From contig JAXGQE010000008.1 in NCBI GenBank assembly GCA_040766585.1, positions 28,500 to 92,499 of the forward strand: DNA of 64,000 nucleotides, in the 5' to 3' direction. Position numbers and translations under genes: made by a program. This document shows, in pieces, positions 1 to 10,670 of the stretch; within the stretch, counting starts at the first letter, position 1, and every line of letters starts with the position of its first letter. The DNA is from Candidatus Sumerlaeota bacterium. GTDB taxonomy: Bacteria; Bacillota; SLNR01. The notes below the pieces were generated by a model that did no database searches, was not told where the DNA came from, and saw only the letters and a program-made list of their open reading frames with translations.

Positions 1-27
1 GTTTCCTACTGGGACTCCACTGGTGGT

Positions 28-1173
28 GTGCTCATCGATCCTTTTCTCGTGGCTATTTCCGAAAATCTAGAAAGAATAGAAGCAGACGGGCTCATTGTCC
101 ACTCGGATAAAAAGAAAAAAAGAGCCAAAGCAGAAGACCAAAGCATCTCGGATAAGCCTGTAACTGCAGTATTTACCATAGACGGCAGCCCGAGCCTGAC
201 TATAATAGGGAAAGCCCATTTTTGCCGAAAAAGACTGTTGGAGACTTTCAAAGTTAAGTCGGCCATCGTCGTGATTTTATGTACAAAAGGGGACAGTATC
301 CTACAGGAAACGTTTGCACTTGGTGACGATCTGTCCATTCGGGTCTTTGAACCGGTTACAGGGGACGGAGATCAGGACCCATATCCAAAAGTCATTGGCG
401 GTCAGAGTTTCGATTTTGCATGCAATATCGAACCGCTGAGAAATAGTTCAACCGGCATTGTGAAGGAGTTCTATCCGGACCAGGAATTTAGAGGGAATCT
501 GTCCTTGCATAAACATGGGAAAGGTCCCTTTTGTGTATTCACCATTCCGGTAACTGCAGCGAAAAAAAAAGGCATATACATTCTTCTGGTGGACGAGCAA
601 GTCAAGTATATTGGGTTCTGTGATGACCTGTATGAGAAGTTTCATTTCGAGTTTGGACACATACAGCCGAGAGACTGCTACTGGGGAGGTCATCCAGAGA
701 GATGCCGGGTGAACCATTTGATTTTAAAAGCTGCTCAGGAAGGAAAGGAGATCAAACTGGCTTTCTCTAACCAACATGCCAGTGAAAGTAAAACAGCAAA
801 GCTGATTTGGGATTTGAAACCCCAATGGAATATCCACGGGAAAAGGGTGCGCAGCAGAAGTTTCTCTCATTTGAACATTGCCGACGGGACAATGGACGAA
901 TCAGACATCGACCAGGAAACGGAAGCCGGGCTGGGCAAACGATACCGCCGTTTGACGGACCACCTGAAGAAGACGCAGGGAGATGAGATTGTTTTGGGAT
1001 TTGAAGAAATTGAAACGATTAACGGCAGAAAACTGCCTCCATCGGCATACAAATATACCGCCTGGTGGGCCAATGGGGACAGGCCCCAGGCTATCTCATG
1101 GTTGGCTGCCGGCTGGCGAGTCAAACGCGTGGATTTGGGTAAATCCGTAGTATTCCGGAGGGTGGACCGATGA
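28..1173 (+). CDS. Multidomain protein: unknown N-terminal domain + GIY-YIG nuclease-like domain + small C-terminal DUF7662-like domain (frame is open to window start, may be 5'-truncated)
   Basis: GIYILLVDEQVKYIG motif; C-terminal KRYRRLTDHL...FEEIE...LPPSAY...WWAN...WLAAGW pattern; no in-frame stop upstream of 28 within window. Confidence 0.6.
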   Translation: MLIDPFLVAISENLERIEADGLIVHSDKKKKRAKAEDQSISDKPVTAVFTIDGSPSLTIIGKAHFCRKRLLETFKVKSAIVVILCTKGDSILQETFALGDDLSIRVFEPVTGDGDQDPYPKVIGGQSFDFACNIEPLRNSSTGIVKEFYPDQEFRGNLSLHKHGKGPFCVFTIPVTAAKKKGIYILLVDEQVKYIGFCDDLYEKFHFEFGHIQPRDCYWGGHPERCRVNHLILKAAQEGKEIKLAFSNQHASESKTAKLIWDLKPQWNIHGKRVRSRSFSHLNIADGTMDESDIDQETEAGLGKRYRRLTDHLKKTQGDEIVLGFEEIETINGRKLPPSAYKYTAWWANGDRPQAISWLAAGWRVKRVDLGKSVVFRRVDR

Positions 1174-2369
1174 ATAAGGAGTTACTGGAGATTGTATTTG
1201 AGGCCGCAAGTATTCAGCGCTGGAATGATCATATTCGGCCCAACAAAGGTTTCACCGAATTGGATAAGCAGGGGCATAAGATGTACTATGCCTTTATTTT
1301 GGGCAGACTGGAAGAGATGGATCAGCGCAGAGATATCCACTGGACGGAATTAATCGAAGGAGGAATTTTTGAATTTTTGCACCGCATTGTCGTGACCGAT
1401 ATTAAACCTCCCATATTCTACAAACTCATGGAAAAGAAGAGGGAAGAACTCAATCAGTGGGTGATACAGGAATTAGAAGAAAGGATTACCGATTTCCCCG
1501 ACGGGTTCATGGATCGAATGGTTGCCTACCTGGATCGGCCGGAAGATACCTTTTTGGAGAAACGAATCCTTAAGGCAGCGCATTTTTTGGCTACGAATTG
1601 GGAGTTTAAATTTATTTATCACATGAGCTCCGGGTTGTTCGGACTGGATGAGACCAAGAAAAGAATCGAAGACGAACTGGAAGAATACTACAATATTGCC
1701 GGGGTGCAGAACCTGGTTCTCAATAAGAAAACCAGCAATTTTCTGGATCTTGTGGGCCAGCTCCGATTTCAGCAGCGGTGGGCTCAATCTCCTCGTATTC
1801 CTGAAACTTCAGTTATGGGACATATGCTGGTGGTAGCTTTGATGGCATATTTGTGTTCAGTCCAGATTGATGCATGTCCCCAACGCATTGCGAACAATTT
1901 CTTTGGCGGACTCCTGCATGATTTACCGGAGGTTCTGACTCGGGACATTGTGTCCCCCGTCAAGAAAGCAGTCAAAGGACTGGACATGCTGATCAAAGAC
2001 ATCGAGAGCAGTCAGCTGGATGAACAGATATTCCCTTTGCTTCCGAAAGAACTTCACAGCCAGATTCGTTATTATACAGAAAACGAATTTCAATCCAAGA
2101 TTATCATGGATGGGAATGTGCAGATCACGACCAGCCGGGATATCTCTGAGAAATTTAACGAGGACATCTATCAGCCGCTGGATGGTGAGATTTTGAAAGG
2201 GTGCGACCAGCTGGCAGCATACCTGGAAGCGGCTATCTCTTTGCAGCATGGGATTCGTTCGTATCATATTCAAAACGCTTTTGAGACTCTGAAGGAAGCC
2301 AACAGCGACCTTTTCATCAGCGGAATCGATTTCGGGAAAATCTACAGGAATTTTTCTGTGCGTCAATAA
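1170..2369 (+). CDS. Tandem HD-domain phosphohydrolase (YfbR/5'-deoxynucleotidase-like)
   Basis: Two repeats (IQRWND.../QQRWAQ...); second has H...LHDLPE...RDI...D motif; ATGA overlap with upstream gene, RBS GGAGGG. Confidence 0.8.
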   Translation: MNKELLEIVFEAASIQRWNDHIRPNKGFTELDKQGHKMYYAFILGRLEEMDQRRDIHWTELIEGGIFEFLHRIVVTDIKPPIFYKLMEKKREELNQWVIQELEERITDFPDGFMDRMVAYLDRPEDTFLEKRILKAAHFLATNWEFKFIYHMSSGLFGLDETKKRIEDELEEYYNIAGVQNLVLNKKTSNFLDLVGQLRFQQRWAQSPRIPETSVMGHMLVVALMAYLCSVQIDACPQRIANNFFGGLLHDLPEVLTRDIVSPVKKAVKGLDMLIKDIESSQLDEQIFPLLPKELHSQIRYYTENEFQSKIIMDGNVQITTSRDISEKFNEDIYQPLDGEILKGCDQLAAYLEAAISLQHGIRSYHIQNAFETLKEANSDLFISGIDFGKIYRNFSVRQ

Positions 2370-2390
2370 AAAGTATGGTAAGAAAAAAAC

Positions 2391-2429
2391 AGGATCGACC
2401 GGAAAGAGTGGATGGTCGATCCTATTTTT
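2391..2429. terminator. Probable bidirectional intrinsic terminator between HD gene and hut operon
   Basis: AGGATCGACC...GGTCGATCCT stem flanked by A- and T-runs. Confidence 0.55.
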
Positions 2430-2442
2430 CTTTGCCGCAGAT

Positions 2443-3093
2443 TTAACTTTGAATTCTCTGGTATACCATCTGAGTGATCTCTTCCGCAGCAGATTTGGAA
2501 AGAAGAAGCAATCGAGTAATTTCATTCTGGTAGAGAGCCGCTCGATTTTTGTCTTGTAAGCTGGATGCATTGATCACGACATTCATGGCTGCACCTTCAA
2601 CAGCTGCATGAGCCAGCAAGGCACTGACTCCGGCATCGGAGACAGCATTCTTGTTGCCGTATTCCCCTGCCAAACGGATATATGGAAACAGAGTAACAGC
2701 TAATTTGGCAACGCTTAGCGGTACTTCAGCGGATTTTCCATATGCATCCTGAATGGCACAGGCACGCTCATCCATCTCCTGCGGGCAGGATTTCGGAAGG
2801 CGGAATGCTTCCATGACGCAGCTGAATGCAGCGCTGTCGTCTTCCATGAAGCGAAAAAACTGTGCTTCGATCTCTGGAAGCTCCATATTCCTTCTTCTAA
2901 ATTCTTCGACCTGTGCAGCCGGGATCTGATCAAACTTCTTCTTATCAATCGTGAGCGCGTAGACCATTCGAGTTAACGCCACAGATTGAACTCCGCACCA
3001 GGCTGCTACGGTCCCCCCGCCGGGAGTGGGTGCATCGGACGCTACGGAATGGATAAAATCCTTCAGAGTCATGTCTTCAAATCGGCAGGTCAA
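2443..3093 (-). CDS. Formiminotetrahydrofolate cyclodeaminase / methenyl-THF cyclohydrolase family protein
   Basis: ASDAPTPGGG motif, GNKNAVSDAGV, NVVIN; last gene of hut operon. Confidence 0.9.
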   Translation of the reverse strand: MTCRFEDMTLKDFIHSVASDAPTPGGGTVAAWCGVQSVALTRMVYALTIDKKKFDQIPAAQVEEFRRRNMELPEIEAQFFRFMEDDSAAFSCVMEAFRLPKSCPQEMDERACAIQDAYGKSAEVPLSVAKLAVTLFPYIRLAGEYGNKNAVSDAGVSALLAHAAVEGAAMNVVINASSLQDKNRAALYQNEITRLLLLSKSAAEEITQMVYQRIQS

Positions 3094-4358
3094 TCATCAG
3101 CACCTCCCTGTTTGAGGAGCCCGTCTTGCACTCGGATTTTGCCTTTCTTAATGACGGTATGGACATGGTTAATCCCGAAGTGATAGATCAGATATTGCTC
3201 GTTGGGAGCGTCCATAATCACAATGTCCGCCTGCTTGCCGGCTTCAATGCTGCCGATGAGATGACCGCGGCGAATAGCGTGGGCCGCATTGATGGTTATC
3301 CCGTTGATGATTTCCGCCGGTGTCAGGCCCATGCCCAGATAAGCATGTACCATGACGGACTGCAGGGATTCTGTGGGACACGAACCGGGATTGTAATCGG
3401 ATGCAAGGGCAATGGGCAGTCCTTTGGCGATCATTTTCCGAGCCGGAGCATATGTCTTGAGTTTCAGATAAAAGGATGTACCGGGAAGTAGAATTGGAAT
3501 AGTGCCAGCAGCTGCCATGTCATCGATGCCTTGGTCGGAGACGGCAACCAGATGCTCTGCCGTCACAGCCTGCACACGAGCAGCAAGTTCGCCGCCGCCC
3601 ATGGGTTCAATTTCATCGGCATGAATTTTGAGGGCTAAACCGAATTCTGCCCCTTTTCGAAGGATTTGCTCGCTCTCTTCGATGGAGAACACGCCTTCCT
3701 CACAAAAACAGTCAATAAATTCCGCCAGCTTATGATGCGCAACATAAGGGATAACTTCCGTCAGCATGAAATCAATGTATGCAGCTCGATTATTCGAGTA
3801 TTCGGGAGGAACAGCATGGGCTCCCATATAGGTCCGTACGGTCTCTATCGGATGATCCATATCCCGCACAACTTCCAGGCATTTGACCTCATCAAGCAGG
3901 TTCAAGCCATACCCCGACTTTATTTCTACCGTGGTGGTTCCCCACAGCAGCATGGTATTCAGGGTTTTAGCCAGTTTTTCGCTCAACATATCTTTGGAGG
4001 CAGATCGGGTAGCTCGTACTGTGCTTAGAATGCCGCCCCCTTGTTTGAGTATTTCCAGATAGGGGACTCCTCGTAATTTCAGTTCAATTTCATTTTCTCT
4101 GGAACCGTAGTGTACAGCATGGGTGTGGGGATCCACCAGTCCAGGCATCACCACTCTCCCGCCAGCATCGATGATCTGCGTGGAGGCATCCCGATAAAAA
4201 TCACCGGACCCGCCGCCGGTATCCAGGATCATACCTGCTGAAGAAATCGCTACATAGCCGTTTTCAATGATATTCAGATCATTCAGATCTTCCATCGATT
4301 TCGGTGCATTCCCGGCACATGTGACGATCCGTCCATTTTGAATCAAAAGCTCTGCCAT
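3090..4358 (-). CDS. hutI: Imidazolonepropionase
   Basis: PGLVDPHTH, EIKSGYGL, HADEI, ASDYNPG motifs; hut context. Confidence 0.95.
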   Translation of the reverse strand: MAELLIQNGRIVTCAGNAPKSMEDLNDLNIIENGYVAISSAGMILDTGGGSGDFYRDASTQIIDAGGRVVMPGLVDPHTHAVHYGSRENEIELKLRGVPYLEILKQGGGILSTVRATRSASKDMLSEKLAKTLNTMLLWGTTTVEIKSGYGLNLLDEVKCLEVVRDMDHPIETVRTYMGAHAVPPEYSNNRAAYIDFMLTEVIPYVAHHKLAEFIDCFCEEGVFSIEESEQILRKGAEFGLALKIHADEIEPMGGGELAARVQAVTAEHLVAVSDQGIDDMAAAGTIPILLPGTSFYLKLKTYAPARKMIAKGLPIALASDYNPGSCPTESLQSVMVHAYLGMGLTPAEIINGITINAAHAIRRGHLIGSIEAGKQADIVIMDAPNEQYLIYHFGINHVHTVIKKGKIRVQDGLLKQGGADD

Positions 4359-4368
4359 GGGTTCACCT

Positions 4369-5265
4369 CTATTCGGCCAGTTGATACTCCAGAGTCTGGT
4401 GGATGCTGAATCCTTCCAGCTGGAGATAGTATTCCAGCGACTGGATCAAAGCAGCCGATGGGACAAGCCCGACGATTTCACTGCCCAAAATGCTGACGCC
4501 GTACCTCCGGCATTCAAACTTAATCATTTCAAATGCCTGGTAGATGGCAGTCTTTTCGTAGTTGACCAGATTCATGGAGATTTGCACTATTTGCCGCTCT
4601 TCCAGTTTCACTGCCATGGCTTTGACAAATCGCAGCCCCCCGTTGCTGTGTCGAATTCTCTTGGCAATGGCATTGGCGATTTCCATGGAATCTGTGGCAA
4701 GATTGACATTGTACGCTACCAAGAAAAACCTCGCCCCTATAACACTGCATCCGCTTTTGGCATTCATCTCTGCCGGTCCGTAATCAGGCAACCAGTGACT
4801 TTGCTTTATCTTTTCAAAGAATCCTTCATATTCGCCTTTGCGGATGGTGGCCAAATTCTTTCGATCCGGTGAAGAGGCGGCTTCTTCATAGAGATAAACC
4901 GGAATAGCCAGCTCTCTTCCAATTCTCTCGCCAACCCGTCTGGCAATCGATGCACATTCCTCCATGGTGACCTCACGCACCGGAATAAAGGGACAGACAT
5001 CCATGGCCCCTATGCGCGGGTGGCCGCCGGTATGCTGGGACATATCAATCACATCCGCTGCTTTTTCCGCCATCCGGAAAGCGACTTCTTCTACAGCCTC
5101 CGGCGGGCCGATAAAGGTAACAACCGTTCGGTTGTGATCATTGTCCGAGGAATAATCAAGGAGCTTCACTCCTGGATGGGATCGGGGCACATCCAGGATC
5201 GCTTCCACTTCATCCCTGTTTCGGGCAGCCGAAAAATTCGGCACACATTCTACTATTTTTGCCAC
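4369..5265 (-). CDS. ftcd: Glutamate formimidoyltransferase
   Basis: IVECVPNFS, DHNRTV, HPRIGAMDVCPF motifs; GTG start at 5265 after AGGAGG. Confidence 0.93.
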   Translation of the reverse strand: MAKIVECVPNFSAARNRDEVEAILDVPRSHPGVKLLDYSSDNDHNRTVVTFIGPPEAVEEVAFRMAEKAADVIDMSQHTGGHPRIGAMDVCPFIPVREVTMEECASIARRVGERIGRELAIPVYLYEEAASSPDRKNLATIRKGEYEGFFEKIKQSHWLPDYGPAEMNAKSGCSVIGARFFLVAYNVNLATDSMEIANAIAKRIRHSNGGLRFVKAMAVKLEERQIVQISMNLVNYEKTAIYQAFEMIKFECRRYGVSILGSEIVGLVPSAALIQSLEYYLQLEGFSIHQTLEYQLAE

Positions 5266-5285
5266 GTCATTCAGCCTCCTTGCAT

Positions 5286-6935
5286 TTACTTCATCATGGG
5301 GATGTGAATGGAATGCTTTTTCGCAAATTCTATGGCTTCTACATACCCGGCATCGGCATGACGCATGACACCGGAGCCCGGATCCGTGGTGAGAACCCTC
5401 TTCAGGCGTTCTGCCATCTCGGGGGTCCCGTCGGCGCATATGACCATGCCGGCGTGAATGGAGTATCCAATTCCCACCCCGCCGCCGTGATGCACGGAGA
5501 TCCAGGTGGCTCCGTTGACGGCATTGATTAACGCATTCAGGATGGGCCAGTCTGCAACAGCATCCGTTCCATCCAGCATTCCTTCAGTTTCTCGTCTCGG
5601 TGATGCTACAGATCCGCAGTCAAGATGATCACGGCCGATTACAATGGGTGCTTTCAGTTCTCCCTTGGCCACCAGCTCATTCAAGGCAAGGCCGAACTTT
5701 TCACGTTCGCCGTACCCCAGCCAACAGATCCGTGACGGGAGACCCTGGAAGGCCACCCTTTTCTGAGCCATTTTAATCCATCGTTCCAGTTTTTTGTCTT
5801 CGGGGAACAGTTCAAGCACAAGGCGGTCGGTTCGGTAGATATCCTCCGGATCCCCGGACAATGCCGCCCAGCGGAAAGGTCCTTTTCCTTCGCAGAACAA
5901 TGGCCGGATATAGGCAGGAACAAAACCGGGGAACGAAAATGCATCAGTGACACCCTCATCGTATGCCACCTGCCGGATATTGTTGCCGTAATCGAATGTG
6001 ATAGCTCCGGCCTGCTTCATTTCCAGCATGGCTTCCACATGACGGGCCACACTTTTCTTGGTCTTTGCAATATATGTGTCCGGATCTGATTTTCGCAAAA
6101 TCAGAGCTTCTTCGTATGTCATGCCTCCCGGTACATATCCGTTTAAAGTATCGTGGGCGGAGGTTTGGTCAGTAAGAACATCCGGAATAAATCCTTTCTT
6201 TACCATCTCAGGAAGGATATCGGCAGCATTGCCCAGCAACCCGATGGACAAGGCTTTCTTCGAGGCTTTGGCTTCAAGAGCCATCTGAATCGCTTCATCC
6301 ACGTCTTCCACATACAGATCCAGGTATCTTGTCTTCAGTCTTTTCTCAATCCGGTCTCTGTCGACTTCGATGCACAGTGCGACTCCTTCGTTCATCGTGA
6401 CAGCCAGAGGCTGTGCGCCGCCCATACCACCCAAACCGGCGGTCAGCGTGATGGTTCCTTTCAGACTGCCGTCAAAATTCTGCTCAGCCAGGGAAGCCAG
6501 TGTTTCGTATGTTCCCTGCAAAATGCCCTGGGTACCGATATAGATCCAGCTGCCGGCAGTCATCTGCCCGTACATAGTCAGGCCTTTGTCTTCCAGCTCT
6601 CTGAAATGTTCCCATGTAGCCCATTTGGGAACCAGCATGGAATTGGAGATCAGCACCCGGGGGGCTCCCGGGTGACTTTTGAATACGCCGACAGGTTTTC
6701 CGGACTGTACCAGCAGGGTTTCATCGTTTTCTAATTTTTCCAAAGTCCTGACGATCGCTTCGAAGCTTTCCCAGTTTCGGGCAGCTTTGCCCTGTCCCCC
6801 ATATACAATCAGGTTTTCAGGATCCTCAGCCACCTCCGGATCCAGATTGTTCATGATCATTCGATAGGCAGCTTCCTGCTGCCAGCTTTTGCAGTGTAGT
6901 TCGGTACCGCGGGGGGCTTTGATGTTCTTGGCCAT
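5286..6935 (-). CDS. hutU: Urocanate hydratase
   Basis: [37 protein letters not shown] motifs. Confidence 0.97.
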   Translation of the reverse strand: MAKNIKAPRGTELHCKSWQQEAAYRMIMNNLDPEVAEDPENLIVYGGQGKAARNWESFEAIVRTLEKLENDETLLVQSGKPVGVFKSHPGAPRVLISNSMLVPKWATWEHFRELEDKGLTMYGQMTAGSWIYIGTQGILQGTYETLASLAEQNFDGSLKGTITLTAGLGGMGGAQPLAVTMNEGVALCIEVDRDRIEKRLKTRYLDLYVEDVDEAIQMALEAKASKKALSIGLLGNAADILPEMVKKGFIPDVLTDQTSAHDTLNGYVPGGMTYEEALILRKSDPDTYIAKTKKSVARHVEAMLEMKQAGAITFDYGNNIRQVAYDEGVTDAFSFPGFVPAYIRPLFCEGKGPFRWAALSGDPEDIYRTDRLVLELFPEDKKLERWIKMAQKRVAFQGLPSRICWLGYGEREKFGLALNELVAKGELKAPIVIGRDHLDCGSVASPRRETEGMLDGTDAVADWPILNALINAVNGATWISVHHGGGVGIGYSIHAGMVICADGTPEMAERLKRVLTTDPGSGVMRHADAGYVEAIEFAKKHSIHIPMMK

Positions 6936-6950
6936 TTTCACTCCTCCTTA

Positions 6951-8492
6951 TTATTCAAGTTCCGGTACATGGTTTTTGACAGCGGAAAGCAGTGCGTTGG
7001 TTCGGATCAGATCCGCTGCTTGATGGATATCGGGATACATGACTCGATCCTCGGTGAGTGGGGGGATGCTCTGCCGGATCAGTTCGTAAGCCGGTTTTGT
7101 TCCTGCACCCAGTGAGCCGGGATAGTTTCTCAGATCAATGGCCTGAGATGCTGCCAGGTATTCAATAGCCAGTACATTGAGAGCGTTCTTGATGACGGTT
7201 CTCCCTTTTCTGGCAGCCGTGGTTCCCATACTGACATGGTCTTCCTGATTGGCGGAGGAAGGGATGGAATCCACCGATGCAGGATGTGCCAAAACTTTGT
7301 TCTCTGAAACCAGGGAAGCGGCAGCATACTGGGCGATCATAAATCCGGAGTTCAGTCCCCCCTTGCCTTTGGTCAGAAATGGCGGAAGATCGTTGAGTTG
7401 ATGATTGACGAGCCGTTCCAGCCGCCGTTCAGAAATGTTGGCGATTTCCGACGCTGCAATAGCCAGAAAATCCAGGGCCAACGCCAAAGGCTGCCCGTGG
7501 AAGTTCCCACCCGAAATGACAGCTTCATCATCTGCAAAAATTAGGGGGTTATCCGTGGCACTGTTGATTTCCAGGTCAATCACGTTGTGAACATACGCGA
7601 AGGCATCGCGAGAGGCGCCGTGAACCTGGGGTGTACAGCGCAAACTGTATGCATCCTGAATTCTCAGTTCACCCTGCCGGGTGGTTAGATCGCTGCCCTG
7701 CAAGAGCCTGAGAATGTTGGCCGCAGCGGCTGTCTGTCCCCGGTGCGGTCGGATGGCATGCACTCTGGGATCAAATGCATCCACCACACCGCGCAGCCCC
7801 TCCATGGTCAGAGCACAGACAATATCAGCTGATGCCAGCAAAGACTTCATCTCAGAAACGGCCAGACACCCCAGCGCACTCATGGCGTGGGTACCGTTAA
7901 TTAACGAAAGGCCCTCTTTTTCAGCCAGGATAACCGGCTGGATCTGGGCGTGAGCCATGGCCTCCTGCCCGGGCATTCTCTCTCCCTTATAGTAGGCTTC
8001 GCCCAATCCAATGAGAACCAGAACGATATGGGCCATGGGAGCTAAATCCCCGCTGGCTCCCAATGAACCCTGCTCCGGAACTACAGGGATTACATCCCGA
8101 TTGATCATTTGTACCAGGGTATCCACCGTGGCGGGGCGGGTCCCGGAATATCCTTTGGACATTTCATTGGCCTTCAGAAACATCATGGCGCGGACCACTT
8201 CTTCAGGGAATGGGTCTCCCACACCGCAGGCATGGGACATGATCAGGTTCTTCTGAAGCTGCATGGCATCTTCCCGTGAAATCACAACATTGGAGAATTT
8301 TCCGAACCCGGTTGTGATTCCATATTCGATCTTTTCCTCAGCCACCATTTTCTCCACAATGTTTCTGGTTTCATTCATGCGGGAATAGGTTTGTGCGGAC
8401 AATTCAACGAGACATTCTTTCTTCGCTACCCGAACAACATCTTCAATCGTCAGTGTGCCTCCGTCGATGGAATAGGTAGTGTGCTTGTCCAA
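6951..8492 (-). CDS. hutH: Histidine ammonia-lyase
   Basis: GSLGASGDLAP (MIO-forming ASG), YGITTGFG, QDAYSLRC, NQEDHVSM; TTG start after AAGGGGG. Confidence 0.95.
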   Translation of the reverse strand: MDKHTTYSIDGGTLTIEDVVRVAKKECLVELSAQTYSRMNETRNIVEKMVAEEKIEYGITTGFGKFSNVVISREDAMQLQKNLIMSHACGVGDPFPEEVVRAMMFLKANEMSKGYSGTRPATVDTLVQMINRDVIPVVPEQGSLGASGDLAPMAHIVLVLIGLGEAYYKGERMPGQEAMAHAQIQPVILAEKEGLSLINGTHAMSALGCLAVSEMKSLLASADIVCALTMEGLRGVVDAFDPRVHAIRPHRGQTAAAANILRLLQGSDLTTRQGELRIQDAYSLRCTPQVHGASRDAFAYVHNVIDLEINSATDNPLIFADDEAVISGGNFHGQPLALALDFLAIAASEIANISERRLERLVNHQLNDLPPFLTKGKGGLNSGFMIAQYAAASLVSENKVLAHPASVDSIPSSANQEDHVSMGTTAARKGRTVIKNALNVLAIEYLAASQAIDLRNYPGSLGAGTKPAYELIRQSIPPLTEDRVMYPDIHQAADLIRTNALLSAVKNHVPELE

Positions 8493-8597
8493 TGAAATCC
8501 CCCTTTTCTCCGAAAACTGCATTTCTTTACTGAGTGTATTTCCCAACTGATTCAAAAATTCCTCTAAAATCATACCGAGATAAATCACTCCAGTCGA

Positions 8598-8626
8598 TTG
8601 AGTAACCGATCGTGAAAGAGTATAAT
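8598..8626 (+). promoter_or_regulatory. Sigma-A type promoter for MqsA-like gene
   Basis: TTGAGT-17 bp-TATAAT. Confidence 0.55.
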
Positions 8627-8744
8627 GGAAACAGCAGGATTGTGTTAATTGTTCTACAAATTCCGGAATTCGTACTCAATTGGAACAAATAATCCGTGGC
8701 AGCGCCATATGAGGGAGATCAATTCGATGATGGGAGGATTGAAT

Positions 8745-9743
8745 ATGGACGGTTTCTGCAGTACATGCAATGAAACAGTACGGACTCAGTTAATGGAATC
8801 CCAGCTCGTCGGCAAGATTCGAGGAAAGGACATTGTCTACAAAGGAAAAGTGGCCGTTTGTCCGGTCTGCGGGGACAGCATCGATGCCCAGGGCCTGGAG
8901 GATTTGAATCTTGAATTGATGAAAGAAGCATTTCGTGACAAGGAAGGTTTGATCTCCATAGAAGAAATTGAAACCATTTTAAATCGATACAAAATCGGAA
9001 AGCGGCCGCTGTCACTGCTGCTGGGCTGGGGAGAAGGAACACTGACCCGCTATATAAACGGGGATCTACCTACAAGGCAGTACTCAGCCACATTGAGAAG
9101 GATCAAAGAGGACCCTGGATACTACCGCGAGATTCTGGAGGAGAACCGGGGTGCCATCACCTACCAGGCGTATGTGAAAAGCAAAAAAGCATTGGAACTG
9201 CTGGGATACAGCGACAGACAAATGACTATGGAGTCCATCTGCAGTGAATCGCTGGAACAGACGGCTGCCTATCTGCTGCGGGTGGATCCCCACATGGAAG
9301 AGAGAAAACTGCACATGCTGCTTTATTACCTTCAGGGGTTTCATATGGCATTTCGAGGAATGGAGCTGTTTCCCGAGGAGTTTACCAAGATGGACAGGAT
9401 CCCCCGTCTGCAGCAGATAGCAGAATTGTACCCCACTGGTAAGATCCACGATCAAGCGCAAGCAATGGATCTGGATGGTTTCAGCCCGGAGGAAATCCTG
9501 CTGATGGATACGGTGATTCATACTCTGGGCAGGTACCAGTCATCCATTTTGGAAAGATGGTTTCTGGCGGAGAGTTTTGTTTTCCAAGGAAATCACCAGC
9601 CGGAAGGGAATTCGATCGATGGGGGGAAATCCATCGATAGAGAGATCATCCACGATCATTTCAAGAAAATTTTGGCCAAATTCCAAATGATATCCATATT
9701 GGATATTAAGGAGTACCAAAAAGCATATGACTGGATTACATAG
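8745..9743 (+). CDS. MqsA-like Zn-finger/HTH protein with degenerate C-terminal DUF4065 (Panacea/SocA-like) domain
   Basis: CSTC...CPVC zinc ribbon, YKIGKRPLSLLLGWGEGTLTRY HTH, KLHMLLYYLQG...LFPEEF; ATG after GGAGGA. Confidence 0.75.
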   Translation: MDGFCSTCNETVRTQLMESQLVGKIRGKDIVYKGKVAVCPVCGDSIDAQGLEDLNLELMKEAFRDKEGLISIEEIETILNRYKIGKRPLSLLLGWGEGTLTRYINGDLPTRQYSATLRRIKEDPGYYREILEENRGAITYQAYVKSKKALELLGYSDRQMTMESICSESLEQTAAYLLRVDPHMEERKLHMLLYYLQGFHMAFRGMELFPEEFTKMDRIPRLQQIAELYPTGKIHDQAQAMDLDGFSPEEILLMDTVIHTLGRYQSSILERWFLAESFVFQGNHQPEGNSIDGGKSIDREIIHDHFKKILAKFQMISILDIKEYQKAYDWIT

Positions 9744-9752
9744 GTTCGCTCC

Positions 9753-10670
9753 ATGAGAGAGAAAACAGCATCTATGAAAACAGAAAACCGGGGTCGTTTT
9801 TGGACTCCCGTATACATTTTGATGGCTGCAGTATTGTGGGGAACGGCGGGTACAGGCCAGGCTTTTGCTCCCGATGCTGCATCACCCCTTGCCTTGAGCG
9901 CAGTCCGAATGTCCATCGGCGGAGTCAGCCTGCTGATTCTGGCAATGTCCACCCAGGCCTTTCGTCCTCGGGAGACTTGGTCTGTTTTGCAGGTGGTTTT
10001 ATCCGCTGTCGCTCTGTCTGCATTCAATATCTGCTATTTTACGGGGCTCTCCAGAACCGGAGTGGCTGTCGGTACGGTAGTGGCCATAGGAAGTGCTCCC
10101 ATTTTTGCAGGACTTCTGGGATGGCTCTTTCGAAAGGTAAAGCCAACTCCCCTATGGTACCTGGCCACGCTCATGGCCATTGGGGGCTGTTCACTGCTCT
10201 TTCTCAATCAGGGTGATATTGTGGTGGATTCTATCGGAGTGGCCGCTGCCTTGGGAGCCGGACTGTCCTATGCGTCGTATACGGTGGTTTCCAAAAAGCT
10301 TTTGGAAGAACACGCAACCTTTGCCGTGTTGGCCGTGGTATTTGCCTGCAGTGCCGCCGTTCTCGGCATTCTGGCAGCGGGGGAGAACTGGACATGGATT
10401 CTATCGGCTAGAGGAGCCATGGTATCCCTGCATCTAGGACTGGTTACTGTAGCGCTGGCCTATGTGCTGTTTTCCAAAGGTCTTCTTAATACGTCAGCGG
10501 CAACAGCTGTGTCCCTGACTCTGGCAGAACCGTTGACAGCTGCCACCCTGGGTGTTTTGGTTCTGAAAGAAGCGATTGGATTCCAGTCCATTGTGGGGAT
10601 CGTTCTGATGGGAGTCGGCCTGGTGACGCTGATGGTGGGTGAGACCCGATTCAAAAAGCGGGTTGTATAA
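9753..10670 (+). CDS. EamA/DMT family transporter
   Basis: About 10 hydrophobic segments, LWGTAG and LAEPLTA motifs. Confidence 0.9.
   Translation: MREKTASMKTENRGRFWTPVYILMAAVLWGTAGTGQAFAPDAASPLALSAVRMSIGGVSLLILAMSTQAFRPRETWSVLQVVLSAVALSAFNICYFTGLSRTGVAVGTVVAIGSAPIFAGLLGWLFRKVKPTPLWYLATLMAIGGCSLLFLNQGDIVVDSIGVAAALGAGLSYASYTVVSKKLLEEHATFAVLAVVFACSAAVLGILAAGENWTWILSARGAMVSLHLGLVTVALAYVLFSKGLLNTSAATAVSLTLAEPLTAATLGVLVLKEAIGFQSIVGIVLMGVGLVTLMVGETRFKKRVV

Noticed and set aside
5286-8492. Ergothioneine degradation (ergothionase/thiourocanate hydratase) linked to the hydantoin cluster
   Set aside because: HutH retains the MIO-forming ASG motif and sits in a complete canonical hut operon
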